From Antedon mediterranea (taxonomy: Eukaryota; Animalia; Echinodermata): a stretch of DNA of 64,000 bases. Location: NCBI RefSeq assembly GCF_964355755.1, contig NC_092675.1:3281812-3345811 (forward strand), read 5' to 3'. Made by a program: the position numbers and the translations under genes. Under the pieces are notes generated by a model. That model did not search any database and was not told where the DNA came from. It worked only from the letters and a program-made list of their open reading frames with translations. Positions 26,001 to 38,400 of the stretch are shown in pieces (positions within the stretch are counted from its first letter, which is position 1; every line of letters begins with the position of its first letter).

Positions 26001-28387
26001 TGCGTGGTGCTGTACCAAGTGATGCACTTTGTGTGGTGCTGTACCAAGTGATGCACTTTGTGTGGTGCTTTACCAAGTGATGCACTTGTTGTGGTGCTGT
26101 ACCAAGTGAAGCACTTTTATGTGGTGCTGTGCCACGTGATGCACATTGTGAGGTGCTGTACCAAGTGATGTACTGTATGAGGTGGTGTACCAAGTAGAGC
26201 ATTAATGGTACATGATGTTGTACGACGTTGTTATACGAAGTGGTGTACTTTGTGTATTTATTGGGCTTTGGTTTCTTTATAGATATTTGGTGACGGTTCT
26301 GTTGCTCAATCTGTTTTAAGTCGTACAGCAAACGGAGGGTTCCTATCGGTGAACTGGGCGTGGGGTATCGGGGTTACCTTGGGTGCTCATTTTGCATCAG
26401 GAATATCAGGCAAGTACGCCCTTTCACAAATTCAGCATAGTTTACTCAATGGAATTGACCTGCTGCAAAGGAGGGCAATTTTCACGTGTACTTTCATGTG
26501 ACGTATGGACATGAACTGGTCATGTGTATCAACCTTTACAGATAATGAGCAAGCACCTGATGATTAGATACTGAAAAAGATTACCTGTCTTACGCCTACT
26601 ACTTGCTTACAAATTTTTTATTTTTTTTTAAAGGTGGACATTTGAACCCAGCTGTTACTTTAGGATTCGCCTGCATTGGTCGTCTGCCATGGAAAAAAGT
26701 TCCTGTCTACATGCTTGGTCAATTCCTGGGTGCTTTCATTGCAGCAGCTTGTGTCTTTGGAATTTATTCAGGTATAAAACTGAATCTGTTATTTAAGTTT
26801 GTTGAGTACAATAATTTACGACATACGTATATTGTAAATTATTAACACATGTTCAGCTATAAGTAATTTTCAAAATATTAAAACATATCTATATATATTT
26901 TGGCCAAAGGTTGAAGGCAAAAATGTGCATGGGCCATTCAAATACTGTACATCACAGTCACCAGATCTGGGCCCTCTGGGAGAGACCAGTCTTTGACTGA
27001 AGAGGTTGCGCTTCATACTTAGTAAATAAATAATAACAAACAAACAAGCGTCACAATTGTTTTAACAAATCACGTTAACAATCAAACATTTCCAACCTTA
27101 TGGATAATAAAAACGGAATTAAAGTTTAATAAACCTAGTTTGTTCTCCATACAGAGGCAATAGATGCGTTTGATGGTGGAACCAGGTCTGTGATAGGACC
27201 TAATGCTACAGCAGGAATATTTGCCACCTATCCGGCTGAGTACTTATCTGTCTGGGGCGGATTTGGTGACCAGGTAAATAGTAAAGCTAAAGTGACTCTT
27301 TAGAGTATCCAACGCAGGGAAGAGTGATTCACTCTTCCGAGATCTATAACGGCAGAATTATTTAACAAAGTAACGTGGTGCATTATATATTTTACAAAAA
27401 ATCTAGTAAACGTAACTTGCTCCAATTTGACACGCAAGTAGGTAGACTGCAGAGACTCAAGATGCTACCCTTTTTCAGAATTCTGGATACTTATATTTAC
27501 AACAAACGCTAAGCTGTGTTGAGTAGGTCTGAGGATGTTTTATGCTTCGGAACCTGCTCCATTCAGACACGCAATCTGCATTTACACAAGATGCCACTAC
27601 TTCACAATATAGGCCTTTTTAAAGATTTTTTTTTGTATACTGTATAATAATGTTATTCCCATCCTTATCCCTACACAACTTAGGTGCAGCCTAATATAAT
27701 AGTTTATCATTGTCTTAATTTTTTTCGCACAGAATGTTGTTGGTCATAATGTTATGACTACGAAAATGAAGAAACTCTGTTTTTATTGTACAGGTGTTTG
27801 CTACAGCACTATTGATGGCATGCATTCTGGCTATCACAGACAAGAAAAACAACAAACCACCTAACGGCATGGAACCGTTCATCATAGGCCTAGTTGTCTT
27901 CGTCATCGGTCTCGCATATGGCCTTAACTGTGGCTACGCAATCAACCCAGCTAGGGATTTCAGTCCGAGGCTGTTCACTGCTTGTGCAGGATATGGAAAA
28001 GAAATCTGGACGTAAGTATGTGTAGTGACCGGTGGAAACGCGTAGTACCGCGCAGTCACTAAATATGCAATACATAAGGAGCAGCACCCGAGTCTGTAGC
28101 TATCACTAGATACATATTAACCGACTATTGCAAGTCATTGAGATAAGAGTAAGATTCGTCACAGGTCTAATTTCTAGAATAGAAAACTAATTAAAAATAT
28201 TATTATGATGATTTTCCTTATTGCTTTTGATAGACCAAGAGGTATACAGTGGTGGTGGGTCCCGATTGTAGGCCCTTTCCTAGGGGCTGTAATCGGCGCA
28301 ATAACCTACCTGATAACTATCGAAATACACAACACAGACGACAGCGAAGAAAAAAAATACGGACAGCAAGAGTTAGTCGGTATGTAA
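20013..28387 (+). CDS. Aquaglyceroporin (AQP3/7/9/10-like), 6 exons, 286 aa
   Basis: Exons 20013-20117, 26283-26409, 26634-26771, 27155-27273, 27794-28011 and 28234-28387 sum to 861 nt in frame. Motifs: REFLAEFMGTF, SGGHLNPAVT, TAGIFATYP, GYAINPARD (D after the second NPA-R marks glyceroporins), WWWVPIVGP. Intron 2 uses a GC donor. Confidence 0.93.
20848..23017. mobile_element. Non-autonomous TIR DNA transposon (~2.2 kb) with 4-bp ATAT target duplication, in aquaporin intron 1
   Basis: cgtcaccgtcaccacgaagtgacactaacc / ggttagtgtcacttcgtggtgtcgacgacg inverted termini; ATAT at 20844-20847 and 23018-23021; subterminal cacgaagtgacacta repeats near 21038, 22703 and 22775. Confidence 0.8.
24500..26190. 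repeat. 29-bp minisatellite (~58 units), consensus CCAAGTGATGCACTTTGTGTGGTGCTGTA
   Basis: Head-to-tail units with no unique spacers and a few recurring variants; the array degenerates at both ends. Confidence 0.97.
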
Positions 28388-28668
28388 ACTTACCATGTCA
28401 TTTGTATGCACGTGTTTGTATCTCATTATGTGCACGCTTGTCATTGATCACGTAGGTATCATTTAATGGATTGGTTTACAACCGGGTTTATGTACGGTTT
28501 AAGTGCGTATACTTTCCACCTGCTCCGGAGTGACATATTAATGGTTATATGATGTATACCAACTGGGTTTAATGTTTTGCTTGAAATCACCATCATCGCC
28601 TTAAAAGATGTATTCTTTAATCTTTGCATTTGATCCCACGCGTTAAATGATAATACCATTAGCTTTTA

Positions 28669-28830
28669 TCAACGTTTGCATGCGCGCGTTGAAGCTATCA
28701 TCCTCAACGTTTGCACGCGCGCGTTGAATCTATCATCATCAACGTTTGCACGCGCGCGTTGAAGCTATCATCATCAACGTTTGCACGGGCGCGTTGAAGA
28801 TATCATCATCGACGTTCGCACACGCGTGAT
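28669..28830 (+). repeat. 35-bp tandem repeat (4 full units plus 1 degenerate), each with a TCAACG...CGTTGA inverted pair
   Basis: tcaacgtttgcacgcgcgcgttgaagctatcatca repeated, ~280 bp downstream of the aquaporin stop codon. Confidence 0.9.
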
Positions 28831-31800
28831 CAAGTTTGTGATGGAAGTTTCATTAATGCAATAAGAACTAGTGAATTGTTTCTTTCATTATCAACAAATA
28901 TTTTTAACATTTTTATTTTGTTAAAATAGTAAATTATTAAAAAAACTACGAATTTGATGTGCCAGACAACTACATACGTAAAATAACCCACTAATAATAA
29001 ACTCTAAGTAAACACATTAGTTACAGCACCGTTACGGGCCGGTTTCCTGTATAGTCCTAGGCCATGATAAAAATGCTGTATTTATTTTATTTCTTTTAGT
29101 GAATGAAAATGCTTGAATGAATGTACCGTCAAAGATGCAGATCCAAAAGGATATTAAAAGATACATTTTTCAATTCATGACATTGTTATCATTCGCTGAA
29201 ATTATATATGCACAATTATTATTATTATTGTACAGTATTAATTAGCATTATATATACAACAACTATTAAATTGATTAATTATTATTATTATAAACATTTC
29301 AATCTAAAAATACGTATGCGTAAACTCTGAGTTTATGCGCTTTGGCGTTTCATACAATAAAAAAGTCCAACTATGATCATCATCCTACGGGGCGCTCGTA
29401 CATAAGATTATTGAATCCTTCCATTACGTCACATTCTTCCCGCATGAATGCACCCATACAGAGCAGCAGAACTTTAAATTGTCAAACTCATTTTTAATAA
29501 ATCGAAGTTTCAATCCCCTTTCATCACAGCAAAATAGAAATCATTATAGAAATGTTAAGCATGTTTTAATACAATGAACATATTATTGGAATCGATGTGT
29601 TTGTTCTTTTAGAATATAGAAACCTACACGAATCCTGACCATTCGTCGAGAATAACGTTTAACTTTGTGTATAGTGGCGCCACATACTTTGATCATATAC
29701 AGTTATATACATGCTTCCTGACAACATAGTATCACGGAGGAAATAAAAAAATATATTATTTCCTCCAAATGTTTTAAGTAGTTGTCAACATTCCCTTTAA
29801 CATTTTAATAATAATGTAATATAAAAACGATGTTTCACAAATATGCTGGAAATGTTAAGGGGTTAAAAAATACTTATTAGGGTTAGGCACTTTAGTACTT
29901 ATTGTTTAGCCTCTTAAATGTTCCACTGTATAGCAAAAGATCTTCTTATGCCACAATGGGCACTTTCTGATCAATATGAGTGGTGACCCACTAGGGGCCT
30001 AATAACTTTTCGTTATTTAGCCAGACAATGGTCATAGGTAATTTGTAAATGACAATGTTTTGAATCTGGTGCGCATGCGCAATCTTGATTCGAAAGATCT
30101 GATCGTTGCTTTGAAAGGGTAATAACGATGTGCATGATTACAAAAACTTATAATGGCATGGCTGAAAAATACATTCTTTATCATTACTAATATTGTAGCT
30201 CATATTAGTGCATGTAATATAGATTTAGTCATTTAAACATTAATAGGCCTATTACGTCATAAGCTCTGAATAGTAATAATGTAGTAATAATGTTTGGTTC
30301 CTATTAAACACGCAACGCAAGCGATCAATCACAAACGATGGATTATTCCAACTGTCGCTTGTCATTGGTCAACTAGCATGCGTTTCTATAGTGGGAACAA
30401 AGATTTGATAGCGACCTTTTGTTTTCTGCGCATCATCAGAAACATATGATGATGAATGACTGAAAACGATAGTGTGTTAATGATAGTAATAGTGCGAAGT
30501 GTGACAAAAGAACTTCTGACGTAATATGCTTCAAATAAGTCATTAACTTTACAAATAAAATGTATATTTTGTTACATGTTCTATGTAAAATGTATTAGTG
30601 TATTGTTTGTTGTTAACATTAGTATGATTTTGTGATAGAATTACAGTTCTATTAATTTCAAATTACTAAAATTAAATTGAAATGCAATTTCACTGTTTCT
30701 TGTAATTGTTCTGTAGTTGTTTATGTCATGTAACATATTTTGGATTACGATATTTATTTCCTAGGAATGGGAACGAACGTGACGGCGGAAAATAACATAG
30801 CAGCAGATGTTGAAAATTCTATGGAGTAACAAGTATTTTGTTATATCTAAAAGTTCATATCATTTATCTACCTCTTAGTTGATATTCCACAGTAACGCCA
30901 CGAAGAGATATATAGAGTTGACGCACGCGCACATCTTATTACCGGTGTACGCGTCCGTTCAGGTTGTGTACGTACATCTCTTCTCTTTTTTAATGACGAG
31001 ACGCAACACAAGCGAGTTGACCAATGATAAGCGACAGTTCCAATAATCCATAGCTATCGGTGTACGCATGCGTTAAAATTGTGTGTCTCAGATCTTCTCT
31101 TTCAAGTGATGTCACGGCGTATGACATTTTATTTCCCTCCAATTAAAGACCATCCATTCATAGTCTCTAACTACTAGACCTATCAATGTAATGTTGTGTA
31201 TCTGCGCGCGCACCTAAAGCGGTTTCTAAACCTTAGTTACAATAGAATACAAAACAGGTATATTTCTACTTGATTGTGTATAATCCTGTAAAAATATGTT
31301 GTTAAATAAATAAATAAATAAAATAAATAAATAAAAAAAATTAAGGGGACTTTTCTGAACCCAGCAAAATATCCCCTAATAGGGATATCACGTGAACATG
31401 GGATGACCGTAGTGTTCAAAGATAGCGTAGCATCTTGTTCTTTTCACGGGAAAGCATTTCCAATTCTATTGTATAAGTTAATATCAATTGCATTTTGAAA
31501 CAACAACTTGGCGTTATACACTGTAACAATATAAATACAGGTTGTAAAACAATAGTACGATAATCGAGAGATCATTACCGCAATATAGTTTAATTATCAT
31601 AAATCGATCGTTAAGCACAACTAGTTTATCCATAATGTTCACAATGTCCCATATGTTTTGTAAAATATCAGGGTTTTCTAAACGCACGTTATAAATAATA
31701 AACACACTGTCTTGTTGCTCAAATTTTATTTTATAAACATTCATATTGATACTGTATTTACATAAACAAAATATTATATAAAAATTAGAATATAAGTTTT

Positions 31801-32429
31801 TAAAAATCATGATTATAAGTAACTATATAAGCGGTCAAATAAAAGCGAATAGCACACACTTTAACATTAGTATTAGTCAATTTCAAGGATTTTATCCTAG
31901 CGGTTTCATATCACTCTTTACCTTCTATTTTTTTTTTACATTCTTCGTTTTATAATACAGAATTTTCTTGATTAATTGGGTAAAATTCTTTCTTTTACAT
32001 ATTCCAAATTGAATACAATATTATCAATATTTCACTTACTTTTCTGTACTTTTTTTTAGACTGTCCGTAAATTGTACCGAATCATTTGTGAAAGAATAAA
32101 ATTAAATTAAAATTTGTTGTTGGAAAACTTTAGGGTTTAGGATGTTCAGATAGCACAGTAATATAATAGTATAGTATAGTATTACTTTTTTGTTATCATA
32201 ATTAATATAGAAACTTAAGAAAACAGTGTTTTTGTCGAATGTCTTTGTTTGCATGATTTGTAATATTAATGCTACAACATCATAAGCTTATATATTCGAC
32301 TGGTCTGTTTTGAGACCTGCCAAAGTTTGCTGACAGTTACCTGTCCCAAGTAACTTGGGCAAACTGCAGAAAACTAAGTTTGCAGAAGTTGGGTCGTGTG
32401 TACCTTATTGACATACTAGTTGATCGATT

Positions 32430-35400
32430 CTATAGGTGAACAAAATGACATCCTCCAGTAACAGAGACTGTAGTTTAGAAAAATCAATTAAAAACAGTAG
32501 CAAAGTTTGGTAATGTAGACTAGACTAGGTAGAATAGGTAGACGTTGTTTGCATGCAAACGGTCACTGCAATCAATGTAAAACTTAAAGGAATATGGATT
32601 GGGCACTTTCCAAAATATAAAAAATCTAATCCCGTACCACATAGTTTGGTCAGGCTATGCACTATGAAAAGGCTGTTTCGTTCCTCTACATAGCTTCATG
32701 TAAATCATAACATTGCTAATCTGTGTACTATTTATACGTTAAATTCTCGAAATGTAACTTGCATTCTCTATTGATAATCATAAGTCTGTGATAGATGATT
32801 CTATGTATATACATATAGTCGTGCTTACCAGTCTGACGTCTTCGGCTTTTGTCAAATAGTATGGTTGATTGAGGACGTTTTTTACCTCTCAAATGTACAC
32901 AACCCTACGTTTCAAACACTTTATTGAAATATCATTAGCCGTAAGTGGCATTGATATGTATATACAAATAATCATCTACAGGTATCTACAAACGTAAACC
33001 CATGATTCGGTTTAAAGCCCATCTATGACAGGTTACTTAAAATGGATACCTCATAGGCAGGGTTATCAACTGCTAAATCTGCCGATATGTTCTGGTTAGT
33101 TGAGTAAGGAAACTGCTGTTCATCTTTTGCTTGCCTTGATTTTTTTACGAATCTTCGGCGAACTACCAGGATAGCAACTGATAGCAATATCATAAATAGT
33201 AGAATTAGCGTGAACGATATGAATAATTTTGATACAATGTCGAGGTTTTCGTCGTCGTCGTCGTCGTCGTCGTTGTCGGTGGTGGCGTTCTTTTCTTGGT
33301 TACTTGAAGCAGAGGGCAGCGAAGAGGGTGTAGGCCTAATGGTTGCTGTTGAAAAAAAGTTGGTTCATTATTGTCAAATTTCTTCAAGAAATATGTTTGA
33401 TTTTTAATTATAGATCCGTAATAGATTGCACGATACATTAACAATGCTTATATTTATATAATACATAAAACTAAATTATTAGTATCTGATCCCAAACACT
33501 ACCACCCCCACAAAATAGGGTTCTACTTTGAGTATTATACAAATAAGGGTTTTTGTTAAATAATATATATTTTTAAAATCAGAAAACATTTAATGCAATG
33601 TTACCTTTGATATTACCTCTGACACAGGTCCCAAACTTAACGGTGATGTCATCTAAAGCAATGAAGCCTCTTGGTGCAAATCCTACAACCCCTTCAAACA
33701 TAATCTGAAATAAGACGTTCTTGGGAGTTAAACCGAGTAAAATTAAGTAAAATGTAAATTAAATCAAATCTCAAAATAATTAACATAAATTGAATGAAAT
33801 TATTTCAACATGATAAAAACCTGTTGGTCATCTTGTTTGACTGAGATGTCGAATTGAGATGTCTTCCACTGACTAGAATTCTTCAAAGAAACGGATCCTA
33901 CAAAGTCATTCAAGCCACTGACGCCTAAAATGTACACGTTTAGCTGTTGTTGTGCATCCCCTTTCATAAAATACTTGAATGTTAAACATCGATTAGTAAT
34001 ATTAGGTAGGATTGTCGGTGTTGCAATGTTGGCAACGTCACCTCTTCCTCGCCTAGCCATATCGAGGTAGATGAAATTTGTTTGGCCTAAGTAAGAAGTT
34101 TCGAGAATATTAATTAGTATCATTATATTTAAGATTGAATTATATTATAACATTTATTGATAGACTATATAATTACACATTGGTCGCAAGCCTTGTCCTC
34201 CCATGCATTCGATCATAGAAAATATTCCTATGATTCGATCCATAATACAAATTAAATATTGTTATCGAGTTACAATCTTATATCTATTATTATAATATTA
34301 CCTTCAGTTGCTGTCGAAAAATTTGCTATGTCCTGGCTATCAGCAGAAGCGTTTAGAAACGTCCAATCAAACACGTCACTAACGCTCTGTTTAAATCCAC
34401 ATTGTGATAAACCACTCTCAAAGTCACATGATAACTCTGTAACAGTTGTTGATTCCCCGGATGGAAAACAGTGATGACTTGTTATGCTCACGTCATCGAT
34501 GGCAATATCTCCGAGATGTCCCTTTCCAATTACACCAGTAAGCAAAATCTTTAATTTTTTATTTAAAAAAAAATTCCTTTGAGTGCTGGCTAGTGTTGAG
34601 CTACAGGTGACTTTAGTGGGAATGGGACAAGGATTTGCCCCTAAGTCAAGATGGTCGAGATACACCCATGACTACCACCGCTAGGGCTTATATGCGCTTG
34701 TTTCATTCATTACGATGACTAAATGTTATTGTTGTTTATTGTTTTTGAAGGAATAGTATATACTGACTTCAATTCAAAACACTTCTATATTTATTTAACC
34801 TGTTGCGCCACTAAAGATAGTTGTATGTGTGGGGTGTCACGAAAGCTCAGACCACGAAAGCTCAGACCCCCTAAGACCTAAGATCACGAAAGCTAAGACC
34901 CAACACCTAAGATTACAAATATTTATCTTTCGCACCTGCCTTGTATTTTAACTCCTAACATTTATTCTGAATACCACACCTTAGAATTGGCACTTTCATG
35001 AAAAAGAATCACATAAAAAGTAACAAATACATTTTTAAATTGATGATTTTACAGACGTTTTTCTCGCACACAAAATGACTAGCCTACAGTTACAGTAGGC
35101 CTACCCCATGGGCCATGTTCAATGTTTTTGTTTCTATGGAACGTCAAAAGAGCAAAAATTATATAGAGGGCTGAAAACTCTGTGGAGTCCATCTACAGTG
35201 TGGATGGAACAATGTAAAATTAAAATTGTAATGATAATAGTATAATCATGCAAGTACGAAGAAATAAATACTGGCAAATAAATTTTAATTTAAAAATCAT
35301 GATAAGTTTTTTTGTTTCGTTTTCTTTCTGTTTTTATACTTGTACTATTATTGTTGCTCTTTTGGCGCTCCATAGAAACAAAAACATTGAGCATGGGGAG

Positions 35401-38400
35401 CTCGAGGAGTTACATTACAGTATACAAAGAAACACATCTGTAAAATCATCAATTTAAAGGATTTATTTATTTGTCATTATGTGTTTCTCCTTCTGAAAGT
35501 ACTTATTTGGAGTCAAAATACAAGAAAGGCAGGTGCGTAAGAAAAACATCCTCTGAACCAACACAATGGAGTAAATATATATCAACAAACAACCCGTCAA
35601 GTTTGTTTGTTGTAAAGAAAAAATATACATTTACTCAACGGGCGAAAATAATGTGAGTTTATCTATGTTTTGCGGTAGTATTAAATTATATTTATGGTAA
35701 TAAATGAAACCTACTGTGTTTAAAATTATGTATGGATAAACAAGTATTGTTTTTAAGCTGTAGTATATCTTAGTATTTGTAATCTTAGGTGTTGGGTCTT
35801 AGCTTTCGTGATGATCTTAGGTCTTAGGGGGTCTGAGCTTTCGTGACACCCTGTATGTGTGTACTGTGTGACTATTGGGGATACAGAGATTTTTTATACC
35901 TTAATTCTCTCTTCTATAAACCCATTGTTTACATCGTAATTGATCGGGATCAAAGCTTCAATCCATCTATCACCTTGTTCCCCTTCAATATTCATTAACC
36001 GTTGATGATACCCTTCAGTATAGAAGTATCTGAACACTTTCAGGGATCCTACGTGTTCGCCTTTCATGTGGTACCAGAATTGTAAGCACAGCACGTGATC
36101 GGTTGAGGGGTCAATTGGTGGAGACGTCAGTTGAGCTCGTTCACCCGGACGACGTGGGTCTGAGGCTTCGATGTAAATATATTGTCCTATAATGTTTAAC
36201 GAACTACTTATTAATTAATTTACGGAGCGATGCCAATCACATAGTACAGTAACACTGTTCATTGACGAGGTGTGGATTTAGAATGAAAACGTTGATTGAA
36301 TTTATTATTAACAATTTCAACAGGTATTACAACGTGTGGCAGAATTGGTTACACGTGCGACAACTATTATAAAGTGCGATAATCTTGATTAAATTTTGAC
36401 AGAGTGTAACTAAATGGTTTACAAACTGCACAGTGCATTAAAAAATGTTACAGAATGTTTTTCAAACTGCAACATGTATTACAAAGTGTTACAGAATGTT
36501 TTTACAAACTGCAACATGTATTACAAAGTGTTACAGAATGTTTTACAAACTGCAACATGTATTACAATGTGTTACAGAATGTTTTTACAAACTGCAACAT
36601 GTATTACAAAGTGTTACAGAATGTTTTACAAACTGCAACATGTATTACAAAGTGTTGCAGAATGTTTTACAAACTGCAACATGTATTACAAAGTGTTAAA
36701 GAATGTTTTACAAACTGCAACATGTATTACAAAGTGTTACAGAATGTTTTACAAACTGCAAGATGTATTACAAAGTGTTACAGAATGTTTTACAAACTGC
36801 AAGATGTATTACAAAGTGTTACAGAATGTTTTACAAACTGCAAGATGTATTACAAAGTGTTACAGAATGGTCTACTACAACATATATTAAAAAGTGTGAC
36901 GTAAAATGTACATAAATCCAAACCTACCTTTGCTATTGCCATACGTGTGATCTGCAGATGGACCAGTTTCCAAAGAGTGCGTTGAACCATTACGTAACTC
37001 CCAATCAAAATTATCCATTTGTGATTGTTCAAAATTGCAAAGAGAGGAGCTGTTACCCTCAAAATCACAGGCGAAAAAATCAACCACGTCATCTAAATTT
37101 TCTGGTAACGATAATTAGAATAAATTAATGCATGAATAAGGAATATTCTCATTATACCACTTTAAAAAAAATGATGTCTACACGTACCTTTGCCACAAGC
37201 TACAGCATGGAATTCAATATCGTCAATAGCAATATCGCCGTAGGCGGTATTTCCAACCGTGCCTTCAAATACAATCTACATGAATTATAAATGTAACACT
37301 CGAAAATAATGAGTTGATAATAAATATTAGGTGATATTCAATCGTAGGCCTATGTCTATTAATCATATCAGCGGTCAAATGTAAAAGTATGCTATATATG
37401 CTAACCACCGTCTAAAATCTGAAGTTAGGTTGGTGAATTACCAAGATACGCGAGTCTTTCCAACATACGTACATTTGAGTAGGCCTACTAAACTAATCCA
37501 AAACACGCAAGTCTTTCCAAAATACGTCAACTGCTTCTTTGCCGTCGTTTCAATAACAATTTACGTAGGGTACATGTAGGTTTATTAACATATGGATACA
37601 CCACTACATATTGATGCAATTCAATCTATGCCGAAATTACTACTATGATTATTAATTTGATTGCATACACATTCAACAGCGAGCAAATCTATCGTGCTTA
37701 TAAACGTAAACGTATGCCTACGTCTCATTGAGGCTTAAGCTTGGTTCCCACTAGAACGTAACGCAAGGACGTAAACGCAACGCAAGCGTTTTAACCAATG
37801 ACAAGCGAAGTTATAGACAGTTAGCAATCACAAGCGAATAAGCCATCGCTTGTGAGTGGAGTTAGGCACAAGGTCAGTATTGAACCGACAAGCTTGCAAG
37901 CTCCACTACAAACCAATCTTTTTCAATTTTTAATGAAATAATTTTAGAGCATTTACCTGGAAATTTTCAGTCTGTCCTTTTATGTCTACTTTTTCCAATC
38001 GCCAAACATTTCTCTGATTGCCATGTTTTACATAAATAGGATCAAGTGGTAAACCGCCACCAACATCTTTTTTATAAATCTTTAGGAAATCGATACCCCT
38101 GCCGTACATGTGGTAATGGAAAGAAATACAAATATCCGTATTGTTATTGTTTATAATTTGCGTAAGAAGTCTTGCCTTATCACCTTCACGTCTCGGACGC
38201 GACGCCTCTATGTACATATAGTGCCCTGAAAGACATTCAATAATATACAAATAATGAATGTTTATGAGTGCAATGGTACAAATAATGGCACGAGGTGAAT
38301 GATGAAAGGTTATATCAACTCGGCTTTGCCTCGTTGATATAACCTTTCATCATTCACCAAGTGCCATTATTTGTACCATTACACGAATACAAAACATTCA

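Noticed and set aside
24451-26331. Long His/Thr-rich ORFs and a CRISPR-like look of the 29-bp array
   Set aside because: Units are contiguous with no unique spacers, there are no cas genes and the context is a eukaryotic intron; the ORFs are frame-cycling artefacts of the repeat.
33205-33444. Poly-Thr mucin-like ORF (minus) and poly-Ser ORF (plus)
   Set aside because: These are alternative frames of the (GAC)n tract; the splice-compatible frame encodes poly-Asp followed by the TM helix.
36414-36915. Cys/Tyr-rich ORFs on the plus strand
   Set aside because: Translations of the 41-bp minisatellite inside a MAM-gene intron.
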